A DNA stretch of 51,394 bases, taken from NCBI GenBank assembly GCA_017399785.1, contig JAFQAX010000037.1, forward strand, positions 1 through 51,394, read 5' to 3'. Of the stretch, positions 48,031 through 51,394 are shown in pieces. The DNA comes from Oscillospiraceae bacterium (GTDB taxonomy: Bacteria > Bacillota > Clostridia > Oscillospirales > Ruminococcaceae). A model generated the notes under the pieces. That model did not search any database, was not told where the DNA came from, and saw only the letters and a program-made list of their open reading frames with translations. Within the stretch, counting starts at the first letter, position 1, and each line of letters begins with the position of its first letter. A program made the position numbers and the translations under genes.

Positions 48031-48765
48031 TTGGCAGAGGTTATCGTCGTTACCTCCGGCAAGGGCGGAACCGGAAAAACCACCGTTTCGCTGCTGTTGG
48101 CAAAGGCTTTTTGCCGCCGCGGAAAAAACGTGCTGCTGCTGGAATTAGACAGTGGCCTGCGCGGGCTCGACCTGCTTTTAAAGGTGTCTGACCGAGTTGT
48201 TTACGACCTTTCCGACGTGCTGACCGGCAGCTGCAAACCGGTAAAAGCCATCACCGTCTGCGATGTGCCAAAGGGCAATCTGCACCTTATCGCCGCACCG
48301 CAAAACCGCCACTTCATCCCCGACCCCGGCAACCTAAAGCTGCTCATAAAAGGCTTGTCGGAATGTTACGATTATCTCATCCTCGACACCGCCGCAGGGC
48401 TTGGCAAGGATTTTGACATCGCTTGCTCGGTGGGAACAAAGGCGCTCATCGTTGCCACCGCCGATGCCATTTCGGTGCGCGATGCCGCCCGCGCAGCACA
48501 GGAGCTGCGCTCTCTTTCTCCCCGACTTGTAGTCAACAAATTTTCCAGAAAAAATCTCTCTGCCCAGCTTCCCGACCTTGATGCCGTTATCGACGGCGTC
48601 GGCGCGCAGCTCATCTCGGTCATCGCCGAGGATGCCGCCATGGCAAGACAGCTTGCTTCGGGAATTCAGCCCTCTGCCTCTTCCCCAGCTGTATGCGAGA
48701 TAGACGACCTCGCCGGCAGAATAATGGGCGAGCGGATAAAGCTTAATACCGACAGACTAAAATAA
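48031..48765 (+). CDS. minD: MinD-family ATPase (divergent)
   Basis: VVTSGKGGTGKTT deviant Walker A, DSGLRGLD, RVVYDLSDV, DTAAG, SVRDA; position after mrdA. Confidence 0.8.
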   Translation: MAEVIVVTSGKGGTGKTTVSLLLAKAFCRRGKNVLLLELDSGLRGLDLLLKVSDRVVYDLSDVLTGSCKPVKAITVCDVPKGNLHLIAAPQNRHFIPDPGNLKLLIKGLSECYDYLILDTAAGLGKDFDIACSVGTKALIVATADAISVRDAARAAQELRSLSPRLVVNKFSRKNLSAQLPDLDAVIDGVGAQLISVIAEDAAMARQLASGIQPSASSPAVCEIDDLAGRIMGERIKLNTDRLK

Positions 48766-48800
48766 CTTTCCAATATAACTAAACTGGAGGAAACGGACTT

Positions 48801-49208
48801 ATGAACATCGCATTGATCGCGCACGACGCCAAAAAAGAGCTGATGGTGCAGTTCTGCATTGCCTACAGCGGAATTTTGAGCCAGCACAACCTATGCGCCA
48901 CCGGCACCACCGGCAAGCTGGTAGCCGAAGCGACCGGACTGCGAATATTCCGATTCCTTTCGGGCAGCCAGGGCGGCGCCCAGCAGATCGCTTCCCGCAT
49001 CTCCTATAACGAGATCGACCTGCTTTTGTTCCTGCGTGATCCGCTGACCATGAAACCAAACGAGCCGGATGACGCAAACCTCATCCGTCTTTGCGACGTG
49101 CATTCCATCCCTGTTGCAACCAACATCGCCACCGCCGAGGCGCTTATCCACGCTCTTGAAAAGGGCGACCTTGATTGGCGTGAGATCGTTAATCCCAAGC
49201 GTATATAA
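48801..49208 (+). CDS. mgsA: Methylglyoxal synthase family protein (catalytic residues altered)
   Basis: [37 protein letters not shown]. Confidence 0.88.
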   Translation: MNIALIAHDAKKELMVQFCIAYSGILSQHNLCATGTTGKLVAEATGLRIFRFLSGSQGGAQQIASRISYNEIDLLLFLRDPLTMKPNEPDDANLIRLCDVHSIPVATNIATAEALIHALEKGDLDWREIVNPKRI

Positions 49209-49284
49209 TTGACGGCAAGGCCCCGTTCCTTGTGGGACGGGGCGGCTTTCCGTTGTTATCTCAATATAAAGGAGTTTTCCAGTT

Positions 49285-51069
49285 ATGGCAGAATTTATGG
49301 GCAACTTGAAAAGAACCGAATACTGCGGCGAACTGAACCTTGAAAAAGCGGGTCAGGAAATGGTAGTTGCAGGCTGGGCTGCAAAGCAGCGTGACCTTGG
49401 CAACCTCATCTTTATCGACCTGCGTGACCGCACCGGTATTCTTCAGCTTGCATTTGACGATTCCACCGACCGAGAAGTTTTTGAAAAGGCTTCCTCGGTC
49501 AGAAGCGAATATGTCCTGATGGCAAAGGGCGTTCTCAGAAAGCGCGAAGCTGTCAACAAGGACATTCCCACCGGCGAGGTCGAGCTTTATGTAACCGAGC
49601 TCAAGATCCTTGCCGAAAGCGAGACCCCTCCCTTCGACATCAAGGACAACATCAAGACCAACGAGGAGCTGCGTCTGCGCTACCGTTATCTCGACCTGCG
49701 CCGCAACGAGCTGCAGTCGGCTATCCTTATGCGCCACCGCATCGTAAAGCTGGTTCGCGATTACTTCGACAAGAACCGCTTTGTTGAGATCGAGACTCCC
49801 ATCCTCATCAAGTCCACCCCCGAGGGCGCAAGAGACTATCTCGTTCCCTCCCGTGTACACCCCGGCAAGTTCTACGCTCTGCCCCAGTCTCCCCAGCTTT
49901 ACAAGCAGCTTTCGATGCTGTCCGGCTTTGACCGCTATATGCAGATCGCAAAATGCTTCCGTGATGAGGACCTGCGTGCCGACCGTCAGCCCGAGTTCAC
50001 CCAGATCGACGTTGAGATGTCCTTTGTTGACGAGCAGGACGTTCAGGACATGAACGAAGGCCTGATGAAGCTCATCTTCAAGGAGATCCTCGGTCGTGAC
50101 CTCCAGCTTCCGCTCCGCCGCATGACCTATGCCGAGGCTATGGACCGATTCGGCTCTGACAAGCCCGACACCCGTTTCGGACTTGAGCTTAAGAACCTCT
50201 CCGATATCGTTGCCAACACCGGATTCGCAGTATTCAAGGGCGCCCTCGAAGCAGGCGGCAGCGTTCGTGCCATCAACGTTAAGGGTGCAGCGTCCGTTCT
50301 CTCCCGTAAGGAGATCGACAAGCTGACCGAGACCGCAAAGCTCTACAAGGCTAAGGGTCTTGCCTTCACCCGTGCGACCGCTGACGCTCATTCCTCTTCT
50401 TTCGAGAAGTTCCTCACCGAAGAAGAGATCAAGGCTATCCACGAGCGCACCGAATTCGAGACCGGCGACGTTCTGCTGGTAGTTGCCGACGCCGACAGCG
50501 AAGTTGTATTCGCGGCTCTCGGCGCACTGCGTCTGCAGCTGGCTAAGCGCCTCGACCTCATCCCTGCAGACAGCTACGACCTGCTCTGGATCACCGAGTT
50601 CCCGCTGTTCGAGTACTCGGCCGAGGATGGCCGCTTCTATGCTAAGCACCATCCCTTCACCAGTCCCAACCTCGAAGACGTCGACAAGATGATCTCCGAT
50701 CCCGGCGCTTGCCGCGCAAGAGCATACGACCTCGTTCTCAACGGCACCGAGCTGGGTGGCGGTTCCATCCGAATCTCCAACCCCGAGCTGCAGAAGAAGA
50801 TGTTCGCTGCTCTCGGCATGGAAGAGGCTGACTACACCGAGCGTTTCGGCTTCCTGCTCGAAGCATTCAAGTACGGCGTACCTCCTCACGGCGGCATGGC
50901 ATACGGCCTTGACCGACTTGTTATGCTGCTCTTGAACAAGGATTCCATCCGCGACGTTATGGCATTCCCCAAGGTTCAGAATGCAAGCGAGCTGATGACC
51001 TCCTGCCCCTCCGAGGTAGAGCAGAAATCTCTCGACGAGCTTTCCATCGCCATCAGCATCAAGGAATAA
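49285..51069 (+). CDS. aspS: Aspartate--tRNA ligase
   Basis: RTEYCGEL, FIDLRD, RLRYRYLDLRR, STPEGARDY, FRDEDLRADRQPEFTQID, PPHGG, GLDRL. Confidence 0.97.
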   Translation: MAEFMGNLKRTEYCGELNLEKAGQEMVVAGWAAKQRDLGNLIFIDLRDRTGILQLAFDDSTDREVFEKASSVRSEYVLMAKGVLRKREAVNKDIPTGEVELYVTELKILAESETPPFDIKDNIKTNEELRLRYRYLDLRRNELQSAILMRHRIVKLVRDYFDKNRFVEIETPILIKSTPEGARDYLVPSRVHPGKFYALPQSPQLYKQLSMLSGFDRYMQIAKCFRDEDLRADRQPEFTQIDVEMSFVDEQDVQDMNEGLMKLIFKEILGRDLQLPLRRMTYAEAMDRFGSDKPDTRFGLELKNLSDIVANTGFAVFKGALEAGGSVRAINVKGAASVLSRKEIDKLTETAKLYKAKGLAFTRATADAHSSSFEKFLTEEEIKAIHERTEFETGDVLLVVADADSEVVFAALGALRLQLAKRLDLIPADSYDLLWITEFPLFEYSAEDGRFYAKHHPFTSPNLEDVDKMISDPGACRARAYDLVLNGTELGGGSIRISNPELQKKMFAALGMEEADYTERFGFLLEAFKYGVPPHGGMAYGLDRLVMLLLNKDSIRDVMAFPKVQNASELMTSCPSEVEQKSLDELSIAISIKE

Positions 51070-51081
51070 TAACCGATAACG

Positions 51082-51116
51082 AAAAGGCACCTGATTTTCA
51101 GGTGCCTTTTTTCTTT
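51082..51116 (+). terminator. Terminator after aspS
   Basis: AAAAGGCACCTGA/TCAGGTGCCTTTT followed by TTCTTT. Confidence 0.85.
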
Positions 51117-51117
51117 G

Positions 51118-51231
51118 CCTCCGGCGGCTTAAACCCTTTTGTGTACAAAAGGGTTTAAGAATCCCAAAAAACTTTAAATTAAAGCATGGTTTAAGCGGGG
51201 TTATAAATTGTGAGTAACTTTTGGGGATTGG
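51118..51231 (+). repeat. Dispersed repeat family B copy with partial inverted partner
   Basis: CCTCCGGCGGCTTAAACCCTTTTGT/ACAAAAGGGTTTAAG then AATCCCAAAAACTTTAA, and later ACTTTTTGGGGATT. Confidence 0.7.
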
Positions 51232-51249
51232 GATAACGCTTCGAGATAG

Positions 51250-51394
51250 AGTCCTCTCTCCGCCGCGCCAAGAGCCGAGTTTTGCTTGGTTATGCATCAG
51301 AAGCCTCCCTCTCCCCCGCGCTAAGAGCCGAGCTTCGCTCGGTTGCGCTTTGTACGCCCGCCTGCGGGCGGGTGTGACTTAGGAGGTGGCAAAA
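51250..51394 (+). repeat. Two tandem family A repeats (second runs off the window edge)
   Basis: Degenerate copy at 51250-51295; full copy from 51301: AAGCCTCCCTCTCCCCCGCGCTAAGAGCCGAGCTTCGCTCGGTTGCGCTTTGTACGCCCGCCTGCGGGCGGGTGTGACTTAGGAGGTGGC. Confidence 0.88.

Noticed and set aside
49209-49284. T-box leader for aspS
   Set aside because: Only 76 nt with a single hairpin; no T-box sequence (AGGGTGGNACCGCG) and no stem I.
49285-49600. Calling AspS discriminating versus non-discriminating
   Set aside because: RDLG and a shortened loop are ambiguous in Bacillota; this needs an alignment plus the genome's gatCAB/asnS content.

Overview
Housekeeping-rich chromosomal window from a clostridial bacterium (Bacillota; gene content and order suggest Oscillospiraceae/Ruminococcaceae, an inference). 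The left part holds a secreted Ala-rich protein ending in a tail-less NPNTG motif, copA-csoR, nudF-fba, a TrxB-like gene plus a YmfI-like SDR, dinB, a beta-CASP MBL nuclease and a DMT transporter. The centre (12.3-27.9 kb, minus strand) is the complete fused S10-spc-alpha ribosomal protein superoperon with its S10 leader. It is followed by yceD-rpmF, DUF512-der-gpsA, a small conserved P-loop protein and a dacF-like gene. The right 16 kb is on the plus strand: mtaB, purL, a C-GCAxxG-C-C protein, zapA-dut-DUF4321-maf-mreBCD-pbp2, minD-mgsA-aspS. I found no rRNA, tRNA, CRISPR array, transposase, prophage or defence gene, and no clearly novel multi-gene system can be demonstrated. The best leads are: (i) an orphan MinD lacking its membrane helix next to an MgsA lacking its catalytic Asp and His; (ii) dispersed palindromic REP-like repeat families, one with a multi-hairpin module inserted into the loop of another; (iii) a sortase-type motif with no membrane anchor; (iv) several structured untranslated leaders.
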